From NCBI GenBank assembly GCA_014379235.1, contig JACMMD010000833.1, forward strand, positions 1 to 24,934: DNA of 24,934 nt, given 5' to 3'. This document shows, in pieces, positions 6,348 through 15,702 of this stretch. Position numbers and translations under genes: made by a program. This DNA comes from Anaerolineae bacterium. GTDB taxonomy: Bacteria; Chloroflexota; Anaerolineae; Aggregatilineales; Phototrophicaceae. The notes beneath the pieces were generated by a model. The model had not been told where the DNA came from and made no database searches. It saw nothing but the letters and a program-made list of their open reading frames with translations. Within the stretch, counting starts at the first letter, position 1; each line of letters begins with the position of its first letter.

Positions 6348-7919
6348 TTGGCTGGTGAACGAATTCTAGTGGTTGATGACGGACGCGAAAACCGCGAATT
6401 CGTGGTTGAATACGTCCTGCAACCCAACGGCTATGAAGCGCTTGTGGCGAAAGACGGCAGAGAAGGTCTCGATATGGTGCTTAAGCATCAGCCTGACCTC
6501 ATTCTGCTTGATTTGCAAATGCCGCGCATGAACGGCATCGAAGTGTTGCAAGCGTTGTCCGAACGTAATCTCGATATTCCCGTTATTTTGATGACTTTTC
6601 ATGGCTCGGAAGAGGTCGCCATCGAGGTTTATCGACTCGGTGTGCGCGACTATGTGAAGAAGCCCTATTCGGTGGACGAAATGCTGGCGGCCATCGAGCG
6701 CAGCCTGACCGAAATCCGACTGCGGCGTGAGAAAGAAGCGCTTACCGAGCGCGTTATCTATGCCAATCGTGAACTGCAACAGCGGGTTCAAGAACTCAAC
6801 GTCCTCTACAGCGTCGGTAAGAACGTCACCGCTTTAGCTGACCTGAACCAACTGCTGCCCAACATCGTCGATGCCGCCGCGCAAGTCACCCACGCGGAAG
6901 AAGGCTACCTCTACCTGACTGAAGAGACGATATTACGCTGTCGGGCGCAGAAGCGTGTGAACAAGGCCCGCGCCGAAGCCGCCGACTTTGAAGCGAAAGA
7001 CCGTATCGCGTTACACGTCGCGCAGACGGGGCAAGCGATGATGCTCAATCCTGAACAATTGAACACCAGCGGCGTGGTTTCGCTGTCGTACACGCCGCTG
7101 GTGTTCCGCGAAAAGGCCATCGGCGTACTGGGCGTGCGAACCGTCACTGAAGGCGGGCACATCTTCACCAAGCACGACAGTGCCCTGCTGAGTGCCCTGT
7201 CTGATTACGCCGCGATTGCTATCGAAAATTCGCACAACTTCGAAGAACTGCAAAAGACCAGAGAGCGTGAAAGCGCGCAAATCCGCAGCACGTTCAAGCG
7301 CTTCGTACCGCCCTCTGTCGTAGACCGCGTGCTCGATCATCCCGAAACTTTGGAGCTTGGTGGCGCGCGGCAAGAAGTCACGATTCTGTTCGCGGACATT
7401 CGCGGTTACACCGCATGGGCCGAACATGCCCCGCCCGAACAGGTCATTGAAGTCCTGAACAATTACCTGAGTCTTGCCGCCGAAGTTGTTCTGGCGTGGC
7501 AGGGTACGCTGGATAAGTTCTTTGGCGATGGGCTGATGGCCATCTTCAACGCGCCCGATCAACAAGAAGACCATGCCATCCGTGCCGCTGTCGCCGCATT
7601 AGACCTTATCAGTGTGGCGAAAGAAATGTCCGAACGGCGCGGTTACAGCCTGTCGTTTAGCGTGGGACTGCATCTGGGCGAGGCTGTCGTCGGCTACGTA
7701 GGCACGGCGCAGGCCATGAACTACACCGCCATTGGCGACGTAGTGAACCTCGCCAAGCGGATTCAAGAACATGCCGCGCCGGGCCAAATTCTGATCACCG
7801 ACACCGTGCATGAACAGCTTGGGGAATTGGCGACCTCGCAACCGCTTGGTCAGCTCAAATTCAAGAACCGCCAACAGCCAGCAACAGTGTACGAGTTACA
7901 AGACATCAAGAACGACTAG
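6348..7919 (+). CDS. Receiver + coiled coil + GAF + class III adenylate cyclase, 523 aa
   Basis: REC: VDD, LLDLQMP, MTFHG, KKP. GAF: IVDAAAQVTHAEEGYLYL...PLVFREKAIGVL...LSALSDYAAIAIEN. Cyclase: LFADIRGYT, DKFFGDG, NYTAIGDVVNLAKRIQ. TTG start with GAGG RBS. Confidence 0.93.
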   Translation: MAGERILVVDDGRENREFVVEYVLQPNGYEALVAKDGREGLDMVLKHQPDLILLDLQMPRMNGIEVLQALSERNLDIPVILMTFHGSEEVAIEVYRLGVRDYVKKPYSVDEMLAAIERSLTEIRLRREKEALTERVIYANRELQQRVQELNVLYSVGKNVTALADLNQLLPNIVDAAAQVTHAEEGYLYLTEETILRCRAQKRVNKARAEAADFEAKDRIALHVAQTGQAMMLNPEQLNTSGVVSLSYTPLVFREKAIGVLGVRTVTEGGHIFTKHDSALLSALSDYAAIAIENSHNFEELQKTRERESAQIRSTFKRFVPPSVVDRVLDHPETLELGGARQEVTILFADIRGYTAWAEHAPPEQVIEVLNNYLSLAAEVVLAWQGTLDKFFGDGLMAIFNAPDQQEDHAIRAAVAALDLISVAKEMSERRGYSLSFSVGLHLGEAVVGYVGTAQAMNYTAIGDVVNLAKRIQEHAAPGQILITDTVHEQLGELATSQPLGQLKFKNRQQPATVYELQDIKND

Positions 7920-7941
7920 ACCAATCTGGCCAATACCGACT

Positions 7942-9333
7942 TTAGTTAGCGTCGTCCATGCCTTCTCGTGGGCGAAAGCTGAGAATCACAGGTGTGCCCT
8001 CGAACGGAAACTCCGCACGAATTTGATTTTCGAGAAAGCGCTTATAGCTGAAATGCACTAAGCGTGTATCGTTGACATGGAATAGGAACACCGGCGGATC
8101 TACCGCAACCTGTGTGGCAAAGAAGATTTTCAGACGTTTCACGCCTTTCGTCGGCGCGGGGTGCTTTTGCTGCGCGGCGCGCAGGATGCGGTTGAGTTCA
8201 GAAGTCGGGATACGGAAGTAACGCCCTTCCCAGATGCGATGTGCCGTCTCCAACACTTGATGAATACGCTGGCCGGTCTTGGCGCTGACGAAAATGATGG
8301 GCGCATAGGGCAAGAAGTGAAAGCGTTCCTCAACCTTCTTGGTGAACTCGACCATCGTGTGTTCGTCTTTCTCGATGGCATCCCACTTATTGACGACGAT
8401 GACTACGCTTTTGTTGGCTTCCATAATGAAGCCCGCGATATGCTCATCCTGCTCGGTGAGGCCCGTCTCGGCATCAAGCATCAGCAGCGCAACGTCCGCC
8501 CGCTCAATCGAGCGAATGGCCCGCAGAACGCTGTACTTCTCTACGCCCGACTCGATCTTGCCACGCTTGCGTATACCCGCCGTGTCGATCAGCATCACAG
8601 GCGTATCATGCCACATGATATTCGTGTCGATAGAGTCGCGGGTTGTTCCGGCAATCGGGCTGACAATCACACGCTCTTCGCCAAGTAGATGATTCAACAT
8701 GCTGCTCTTACCGACGTTGGGACGTCCGACAATGGCGACTTTCATCGTGTTCTCGTCGTCGGGTTCACTCTCATCGACGGGAAGATTCTGGAAAACTTCG
8801 ACCACGCTGTCCAGCAGGTCGCCCACGCCGAGTCCGTGTATCGCGCTGATCGGGAACACCTGCCCCAAACCGAGCGCGTAGAATTCATAGGCGTCATTGT
8901 TACGCCCTAGATTGTCGCTTTTGTTGGCGGCGATGAAAATCGGTTTGTCATCGACATTGGTACGGCGCAGAATGTCCGCGATTTCCTCATCCGCGCCCGT
9001 GAGTCCATTCGACGTATCTACCATCAAAACAATCACATCGGCCTCGCGGATGGCCGCTAACGACTGCGCTTTCATCTCCTCGATGAAGTTCGCGCTGTCC
9101 TCAGCGAGGGGTAAAACTTCACCCACTCCAGTCGGCTGATAAACTTCGATACCGCCGGTATCGACCACATAGAAATCGATGCCGTTCCAGTCGGACTGAC
9201 CCTGAATACGGTCTCGTGTCGTGCCGGGGCGATCATCGGTTACAGCGTGGCGCTGACCAACAAGTCGGTTAAACAGCGTACTCTTGCCTACATTGGGGCG
9301 GCCCACAAGGGCTACCAGAGGTTTACGTGCCAT
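7942..9333 (-). CDS. der: Ribosome biogenesis GTPase Der (EngA), about 463 aa
   Basis: Two GTPase domains (GRPNVGKS twice, DTGG/DTAG, NKSD/NKWD) and a C-terminal KH-like domain ending FEGTPVILSFR. ATG 9333 (MARKPLVALVG) is preferred over 9351. Confidence 0.97.
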   Translation of the reverse strand: MARKPLVALVGRPNVGKSTLFNRLVGQRHAVTDDRPGTTRDRIQGQSDWNGIDFYVVDTGGIEVYQPTGVGEVLPLAEDSANFIEEMKAQSLAAIREADVIVLMVDTSNGLTGADEEIADILRRTNVDDKPIFIAANKSDNLGRNNDAYEFYALGLGQVFPISAIHGLGVGDLLDSVVEVFQNLPVDESEPDDENTMKVAIVGRPNVGKSSMLNHLLGEERVIVSPIAGTTRDSIDTNIMWHDTPVMLIDTAGIRKRGKIESGVEKYSVLRAIRSIERADVALLMLDAETGLTEQDEHIAGFIMEANKSVVIVVNKWDAIEKDEHTMVEFTKKVEERFHFLPYAPIIFVSAKTGQRIHQVLETAHRIWEGRYFRIPTSELNRILRAAQQKHPAPTKGVKRLKIFFATQVAVDPPVFLFHVNDTRLVHFSYKRFLENQIRAEFPFEGTPVILSFRPREGMDDAN

Positions 9334-9441
9334 ACTACACTTAACTTTCAAATTGAATTCGCGGCTTTGATTCTATCAGAGTGGCGTAGTATTTGCGTAT
9401 GCGAGTTTAGCGCCAAAACCGGACAAGGTAGGAACAACGAT

Positions 9442-10047
9442 ATGCCAATTCGAGCGGTTGTTTTTGACATTGGCGGTGTGCTGGAAATCACGCCCAACCT
9501 CAGCATGATTGAGAAGTGGGAGCAGCAGCTAGGGCTAAATCCCGGCGAAATTATGATACGCTGCGAAACACTCTGGCACGATGGTAGTATCGGCACGATT
9601 TCAGAGGCAGACATTCACAAAGCTATTAGCGCGCTTCTGAGCATAGATAGCGCGCAAGTTGAAGCGTTTATGGCCGATATGTGGATAGAGTATCTTGGTG
9701 AACTCAATGCTGAACTCACCGACTACTTTCGCGGTCTGCGATCACGCTGCCAAACGGCTATCCTCAGCAACAGTTTCGTCGGCGCAAGGGAGCGCGAAAT
9801 CGAGCGCTATCACTTCGATGAAATGACCGACCACATCATCTATTCGCATGAAGTGGGGCTGTCCAAGCCGGATCGACGCATTTACGAATTGACCTGTGAA
9901 CGGCTGAACGTGCAGCCAACCGAGATGATTTTCGTCGATAATGTCGAAGCGAACATCAGTGCCGCCCGCGAGTTGGGTATCCACGCTATTCTATTCAAGG
10001 ATAACGCGCAGGCCATCGCAGACATAGAAGCGCTGCTGCAAGGCTAA
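9442..10047 (+). CDS. HAD-superfamily hydrolase (YihX/sEH-N-like phosphatase), about 201 aa
   Basis: Motif I FDIGGV, motif II LSNS, motif III KPDRRIY, motif IV FVDN. ATG 9442 follows AGGA; the ORF-track extension from 9247 overlaps der and is unlikely. Confidence 0.9.
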   Translation: MPIRAVVFDIGGVLEITPNLSMIEKWEQQLGLNPGEIMIRCETLWHDGSIGTISEADIHKAISALLSIDSAQVEAFMADMWIEYLGELNAELTDYFRGLRSRCQTAILSNSFVGAREREIERYHFDEMTDHIIYSHEVGLSKPDRRIYELTCERLNVQPTEMIFVDNVEANISAARELGIHAILFKDNAQAIADIEALLQG

Positions 10048-11366
10048 TTGTCGCTATCGTCGGTAGCTTCAGGGGTTGTTTCCGGTGGAGCTTCGGTCTC
10101 GACTTCGAGCGTTACAACTTCGGCTTCGATAATCACCACATCAATTTCAACCGGAAGGATGGCGATGTCATCCGGCGATACCTGCCCGCCGCTGATGGCC
10201 GCGACAGGCGCAACCTGATAGCTGCCTTCAACGCGACCATTCAAATCAACCGCCGCCCGGATGTTGGACGGCACAAGCAGGTCAAGAAGCGGCTGCGGGC
10301 CGGTGACGATGACCGTCACTTGGCTGGGGACAAGGGTCGCGCTGAAACCATCTTCCAAGCCGATCACCTCGACAGGGATAGCGTCAAACGGACGACTGGC
10401 CGTCAGCGCCGTGATTTCGACGGATACCGTGACGTTTTGCCCGCTCACCAGAAATATATCGGGGTTCGGTAACTCAATCGGTACGGTCACTTCAAACGTG
10501 CCCGTGCGCCCTGCCAGATCAATTGGTGCGGTGGAAACCGTTCCCGGCAGTCCGGCCAGCACATCAGGCGGGCCGCTGACGAGTATAGTCTGCGGTTCAT
10601 AGGTGAACGACACCATCTGATAGCCGTCCGGCAGCGAGCCTGTGAACTCACCCGGCGTCACACGTACTTCACGGAAATCCGCCCGCGAACGAACATCCAC
10701 ATTCACATGAACAACCTGCGGGTCAAGCGTCACATCTGTAACCACATTGCCATCGGCGTCAATAGGCACAGGGCGAACGTCATCTTCAAACGGGGCGCGC
10801 ACGCCGCCAAGATCAAGCTCGACATTGGCAGCAACCACTTGTTCAACCTTGCTGACTGCTCCGCTCACTTCTAGCTGGGCCACATCGAACACCGGATTAT
10901 CGCGCTCAAAACCAGCGGGCGGCTCTTGTGAGACGATTCCCACTACCGGAATATAACGTTCTCGCGCTTCTTCCAGCGTGACCGTGATCTGACGCGGCAG
11001 CGTATCGGCCACGACCACCTGCTCACGCGCCACCTGCCATTGCAGTTCGACAACGTGTGTACCCGGCCCCAAGCCGCTGAGATCGGCCCATAGTACGATG
11101 TCGTCGGTGGTCAGTAGATCAAGCACCGAACTCTGCGCCCGAACGATCACGCCAGCGCTGCGCGTCGGTGTGTTGGTGATGAGCAAACCCTCGTCAGGCT
11201 CAAGCTGTACGGAAACCCGATCCGGTAAACGCTCCTGCTGAATGGGGTCTAGCTGCGAAGTAGCCAATACCCACACGAAAAACGCCAGTATCAGCGAAAC
11301 CAGAAACCACATCAAATTGTTGACGAGTACGGGGCTGAGTGGGATTAATCTCGATTTGCTCTGCAT
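10044..11366 (-). CDS. cdaR: CdaR / YbbR-domain regulator of diadenylate cyclase, about 440 aa
   Basis: N-terminal TM 'NNLMWFLVSLILAFFVWVLA', repeated beta-rich YbbR-like units (e.g. YEPQTILVSGP, VPSQVTVIVTGP), located directly after cdaA. ATG 11366 avoids a long overlap with cdaA. Confidence 0.88.
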   Translation of the reverse strand: MQSKSRLIPLSPVLVNNLMWFLVSLILAFFVWVLATSQLDPIQQERLPDRVSVQLEPDEGLLITNTPTRSAGVIVRAQSSVLDLLTTDDIVLWADLSGLGPGTHVVELQWQVAREQVVVADTLPRQITVTLEEARERYIPVVGIVSQEPPAGFERDNPVFDVAQLEVSGAVSKVEQVVAANVELDLGGVRAPFEDDVRPVPIDADGNVVTDVTLDPQVVHVNVDVRSRADFREVRVTPGEFTGSLPDGYQMVSFTYEPQTILVSGPPDVLAGLPGTVSTAPIDLAGRTGTFEVTVPIELPNPDIFLVSGQNVTVSVEITALTASRPFDAIPVEVIGLEDGFSATLVPSQVTVIVTGPQPLLDLLVPSNIRAAVDLNGRVEGSYQVAPVAAISGGQVSPDDIAILPVEIDVVIIEAEVVTLEVETEAPPETTPEATDDSDN

Positions 11367-11385
11367 AGCTTCGCGCTGCCCGGCC

Positions 11386-12252
11386 CTAAGCCTGATTCCG
11401 TTCGGGGCGCAGGCGATTGCGGATTTCATCAGCCCATTCACGAACGCGGGCCCACATGGGTATGCTCGGCTTACGCTCAGGGTTATACAGGGCGTTGAGG
11501 ATGGTTCGCAGGCGTTTGGGGTCAAGGCGCGGGATCATGCGCCCGCCGTCGGTGATAGCGATTTTGCCCGTTTCTTCGGAGACGACGACGCAAATCGCAT
11601 CGCTCACTTCGCTGATGCCGAGCGCGGCCCGATGGCGTGTACCGAGCTTGCGATCTGGCAAGTTACGGCTGGCCGTCAGGGGCAGCACCGAGGCCGCCGA
11701 AGCGATGCGCCCGTTACCGCTGATAATGGCCGCGCCGTCGTGGAGTTCGGTTTTCGGCCAGAAAACGGTCAAAAGAATTTGCGAACTCACTTCACTGTCC
11801 AGCGGAATACCCGTGCGAATATACTCTTGCAGGCTGCTGTTACGCTCCAAAACGATCAGCGCGCCATGCCGACGCTCTGATAATTTCTCCGCTGCCTGAC
11901 AAATGTCTTCAATGACTTTGGCGCGCAGGGTTTCCGGCGGACGACGGTTGTTGAGCAGCACTCCGGCGCGGCCTAAGCGCTCTAAGGCGCGGCGCAGTTC
12001 CGGTTGAAAAATCACCGGAATGGCCACGGCCAACACCGTCAGCGCATTGCCGAGCAGCCAACGCAGAGCCAGCAGTTGGAACACGTTGGAGACAACCACC
12101 ATGCCCGCCAGCACGATCACCATGCCGCGCAGCAGCACCACAGCCTGCGTCCCGCGAATGAAAAAACTCGCGCCGAAAAAGAGCATCGCCACGAGTAAAA
12201 TGTCGACAATGGCGGTTGGCGTTAGGTTGCTGATTGCCCAAGCCAGTTCCAC
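11386..12252 (-). CDS. cdaA: Diadenylate cyclase CdaA (DacA), 288 aa
   Basis: N-terminal TM helices, FQPELRRALERLG, GALIVLER, HDGAAII (DGA motif) and GTRHRAALGISE (RHR motif). GTG start. Confidence 0.96.
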   Translation of the reverse strand: MELAWAISNLTPTAIVDILLVAMLFFGASFFIRGTQAVVLLRGMVIVLAGMVVVSNVFQLLALRWLLGNALTVLAVAIPVIFQPELRRALERLGRAGVLLNNRRPPETLRAKVIEDICQAAEKLSERRHGALIVLERNSSLQEYIRTGIPLDSEVSSQILLTVFWPKTELHDGAAIISGNGRIASAASVLPLTASRNLPDRKLGTRHRAALGISEVSDAICVVVSEETGKIAITDGGRMIPRLDPKRLRTILNALYNPERKPSIPMWARVREWADEIRNRLRPERNQA

Positions 12253-12292
12253 GACAAATCCTGATCTTCTAACTTACGAATAGTTAATTTTG

Positions 12293-12298
12293 ATTATA
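12293..12298 (-). promoter_or_regulatory. Candidate -10 element for cdaA-cdaR
   Basis: Perfect TATAAT on the minus strand about 40 nt upstream of the GTG in an AT-rich gap; no clear -35. Confidence 0.45.
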
Positions 12299-12342
12299 AC
12301 TCAGAACGTCTCTCTTAAGAGATGTAATCTCAGAGATGCGAA

Positions 12343-12376
12343 ACCGTCTGACGGCGCAGTTTGCGCCGCCAACGGT
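12343..12376 (-). terminator. Stem-loop (probable terminator) after the TPR gene
   Basis: Minus strand ACCGT-TGGCGGCGCA-AAC-TGCGCCGTCA-G-ACGGT-TTCG: 15-bp stem with one G.U pair and one bulge; short U run. Confidence 0.6.
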
Positions 12377-12402
12377 AAACAGACTAATTACACTCGAACT
12401 TC

Positions 12403-14667
12403 TCAGCGCGCCGGGTTCGACCCCGTAAGCTGGGCCAGCAGCTTGAGGTAATCGTCGATGCCATCCGGCTTGAGGGCGATGATCTGGCGAATGGTGTTGA
12501 TCGCATCCTGATGCAGCCCTGCTTCGAGTTGAAGCTCACCCAGCGCGTCAAGCTGCATGATGGCATCTTTCTTGCGCCCTAGCTGGCGATAGATGGCCGC
12601 CAAACGCGAACGCAGTCCGGTATCGTTGGGGTACAACGTCACCAGTTCTTCGAGCAGTTGCAGGATGCGGTTGACCTGCTTGTTCTTGGCGTAGATGCTC
12701 AACAGTTGGTCAAGCCGCTTGACGGCCTCAACCTGATTACCCTGCCGATAGTTGAGGTCAATCAGCATACGCCGCGCCCGCTCGTCTGTCGGCGCAAGCT
12801 CAACAATTTCTTCGTAAGCCTTCTGCGCCCGACGCAGGTCAAGGCGAATCTGGTCGATGTCCGCGAGACGGTGCTTGATACGCACGATCTTGTCCGTGGA
12901 TGCACCGACACGGTTGGCCATGCGCTCCGCCAGCGTGAAAGTATCCCGCGACATCTCGAAGTTGCTCAACTGGTGATAGGTGTCGGCAAGATCGATGTAT
13001 TGATCGAGCGCTTCATCCCAGCGTTCTTCGGTTTCCAGCAGTTCAATCAAGCTCTTGCGGATCGAGATATCGAGCGGTGCACTCTCCAACACTTCGCTGA
13101 GGATGGCGGTGGCGCGGTCATTTTCGCCGCGCACCATGTAGGATTTAGCGACAACATTGTACTTGGTGATCGCTTGGCGAACACGCCCTTCACGCATCAT
13201 GACATCTGCCATACGAATGTGTACGGGTAGATACAGTGGCGAAAACTCGACGGCGCGGTGAGCCTCGTCCATCGCCAGCGTATACAACCCCTGCCGGATA
13301 TGGCGATCAATGCGCGAGACCAAGCGCGTGAGTTCATCACTGCGGCTGGCGACCAGAATATCAATCGCGCCCTGTTCGCCTTCCTCTTTCATGGTCTCTT
13401 CAAGCTGGCGGCGCGTCTCGATAATGCGCTGCTTCCAATCCAGCCCTTCGAGCAGGCTGTTGAAGCGGCGGTTGACCGCTTCGAGCGCGTCGTCGGGGCG
13501 AGCGTCCAGCGCATCCTGTAAGCGCTTATACATCGCGCTGATCTGCTTAACTTCGTCATCGGCCAGCGCATCCATGCTGTCTACCGTTTGGATGCTCTGA
13601 ATCAGATAGCGCATAGCTTGACGCTGCTTATGCATCAGGACATGCGCCATACCAAGCGCGTGATATGCGCCTGCCGCCAACTCTGGTTGGTTGGTGGCAT
13701 CGTTCAGATATCGAATCGCGGCTTCGGGCTGTTCACGCAGCAGCAGCAGCGCGCCGAGACTCATTTTCAACGCGGGATGCCGCAGTTTGGCATCGGCACG
13801 TTGATAGGCTTCAATCGCTTCGTCAAAATATTCTTGTCGTTGTAATTCCATGCCTTGCAGTGCATCGCCGCCCGCCGCATCCAAGCGCCCACTTTCGATG
13901 ACGTGAGAGGCCAACATGCCGAGCGCCAAACCCATTGCCTCGCCCAATGGGCCGAGTGGATTGGAATCGCTGATAACCTGCGCGTCTTCAACTTCCGCAA
14001 ATAGATCGCTAAAACCCGCCCTGCTGCGCTGCTCGGCGTGGCTGTCACCGCCCTCGTCATCCGGCGGCAAAATCGTACCGCCCGTCTCCAACGCCCGCAG
14101 CGTGTTCAATGCCTGCGTGTTGCGACGGTCTAAGCGCAAAGCACGGTGAACCGCTTTGGTTGCCTTATCGTTGTCGCCTGCGCGATGGAAGTTGAACGCC
14201 AGCATCAGGTATTCTCGGATGGCGCGCTTCTTATCGCCAATGCGCTCGTAAGCCTGCGCCAGCTTGGCATGGATGCCGATCAAACCCGGCGTCAAACGGG
14301 TTGCCCGTTCCCAATTGCTGATCGCTTTATCAAGATCGCGCTGTTGCAGATACAGTTCCGACACGTTGACGTACTGCTGCGCTGCTTCACGCAGGCGGCC
14401 CATACGTTCCAGCACATCGGCGCTTTTTTCTAGCGGAATGGGGTCTTCGCGGGAAAGTTGATGGGCGCGTGTATACACACGCAGCGAATCTTCTAACCGC
14501 CCCATTTCCAAAAGCGCGAGGCCCAGATGGTTATGCGCGTCGGGGTCTTCCGGGAACTCTCGGATGGCCTGACTATAGGCTTGAACTGCCGAAGCCCAGT
14601 TCAAATCCCATGCAGAACTATGGCCCGCGTTCATGGCGTTTTCGTAGGCTTCACGATTTCCCGGCAT
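12403..14667 (-). CDS. Large tetratricopeptide-repeat protein, 754 aa
   Basis: Repeated TPR patterns (AVQAYSQAIREFPEDPDAHNHLGLALL, AISNWERATRLTP, AQKAYEEIVELAP) in N- and C-terminal arrays separated by an acidic linker. No signal peptide evident. Confidence 0.9.
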   Translation of the reverse strand: MPGNREAYENAMNAGHSSAWDLNWASAVQAYSQAIREFPEDPDAHNHLGLALLEMGRLEDSLRVYTRAHQLSREDPIPLEKSADVLERMGRLREAAQQYVNVSELYLQQRDLDKAISNWERATRLTPGLIGIHAKLAQAYERIGDKKRAIREYLMLAFNFHRAGDNDKATKAVHRALRLDRRNTQALNTLRALETGGTILPPDDEGGDSHAEQRSRAGFSDLFAEVEDAQVISDSNPLGPLGEAMGLALGMLASHVIESGRLDAAGGDALQGMELQRQEYFDEAIEAYQRADAKLRHPALKMSLGALLLLREQPEAAIRYLNDATNQPELAAGAYHALGMAHVLMHKQRQAMRYLIQSIQTVDSMDALADDEVKQISAMYKRLQDALDARPDDALEAVNRRFNSLLEGLDWKQRIIETRRQLEETMKEEGEQGAIDILVASRSDELTRLVSRIDRHIRQGLYTLAMDEAHRAVEFSPLYLPVHIRMADVMMREGRVRQAITKYNVVAKSYMVRGENDRATAILSEVLESAPLDISIRKSLIELLETEERWDEALDQYIDLADTYHQLSNFEMSRDTFTLAERMANRVGASTDKIVRIKHRLADIDQIRLDLRRAQKAYEEIVELAPTDERARRMLIDLNYRQGNQVEAVKRLDQLLSIYAKNKQVNRILQLLEELVTLYPNDTGLRSRLAAIYRQLGRKKDAIMQLDALGELQLEAGLHQDAINTIRQIIALKPDGIDDYLKLLAQLTGSNPAR

Positions 14668-14696
14668 GTTTATTTGCTCTCGCTGTTACTTCGTCA

Positions 14697-15614
14697 TCAG
14701 GCTAACAATTTAACCAGTATCGCTTTTTGCGCGTGTAGACGGTTTTCTGCCTGCGCGAAGATCACCGACTGCGGGCCATCGGCCACCTCATCGGTGATTT
14801 CGTGTCCCCGATGAGCCGGGAGACAGTGCATCACAATCGCGTCTTTCTGTGCCCGCCGCAGCAGTTTCGCGTTCACTTGATAAGGCAGCATCGCCGCCTC
14901 ACGAGCGGCAGATTCGGTTTCCTGCCCCATGCTCACCCACGTATCCGTATAGATCACGTCCGCGCCTTCGATGGCCTGTTCAGGATGCGTAACCATATCC
15001 AACTGTAGGCCGTTTTCGCCGCTCAAGTGTGCGGCGAGTTCTCGCGCTGCGGGCGGTAGTTCGTAGCCTTCCGGCGTAGCGATGCTGAAGTGCATCCCGA
15101 ACTGTGCCGTCGCTACCGCCAGAGACGCGGCGACGTTGTTGCCATCGCCCACGAAGGCCACGCGCAGACCTTCTGTGCGCCCGAAGTTTTCATAAATGGT
15201 CATGATGTCGGCCATCGCTTGGCAGGGATGCTGCGCGTCGCTAAGGCCGTTAATCACGGGGATGCTGGCATACTGCGCCAGTTCGAGAACGTGCGCGTGG
15301 GCGAACACCCGCGCCATGATGCCCTGTACATAACCGGACATAACCCGTGCTACGTCCGCAACACTTTCACGCTGGCCTAACCCGATCTCAGTCGGGCCGA
15401 TCATCATCGCGTCGCCGCCAAGCTGCTTCATACCCACTTCGAACGAGATGCGAGTACGCAAGGATGGCTTCTGGAAGATCATACCCAGAATTTTGCCTTG
15501 CAGAACGGGGCGGTTGCCACCGGACTGCCATTCGCGCTTAAGGTGGACAGCCAACTGAATGAGATCGCGGAGTTCTGTACTTGTCCAGTCTGCTAAATCA
15601 AGGAAATGTCTCAT
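14697..15614 (-). CDS. argF: Ornithine carbamoyltransferase, 305 aa
   Basis: FQKPSLRT carbamoyl-phosphate site, HPCQ, DTWVSMG ornithine loop, HCLP, QAENRLH. Confidence 0.96.
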   Translation of the reverse strand: MRHFLDLADWTSTELRDLIQLAVHLKREWQSGGNRPVLQGKILGMIFQKPSLRTRISFEVGMKQLGGDAMMIGPTEIGLGQRESVADVARVMSGYVQGIMARVFAHAHVLELAQYASIPVINGLSDAQHPCQAMADIMTIYENFGRTEGLRVAFVGDGNNVAASLAVATAQFGMHFSIATPEGYELPPAARELAAHLSGENGLQLDMVTHPEQAIEGADVIYTDTWVSMGQETESAAREAAMLPYQVNAKLLRRAQKDAIVMHCLPAHRGHEITDEVADGPQSVIFAQAENRLHAQKAILVKLLA

Positions 15615-15656
15615 ATGCTCGACTAAGGTAAGTGCCGCGAATTTCCACTAAAGCCG

Positions 15657-15665
15657 AGTATAACA
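15657..15665 (-). promoter_or_regulatory. Candidate extended -10 promoter for argF
   Basis: Minus strand TG-T-TATACT about 40 nt upstream of the ATG. Confidence 0.45.
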
Positions 15666-15702
15666 TAGTTGCTTCCCGAACGAAAAAAGAAATGTCCGTC
15701 CG

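Noticed and set aside
12253-12402. c-di-AMP (ydaO) riboswitch upstream of cdaA
   Set aside because: No recognisable ydaO consensus; the probable leader is only about 40 nt.
15615-15702. ArgR ARG box upstream of argF
   Set aside because: No TGAAT/ATTCA-like palindrome is visible.
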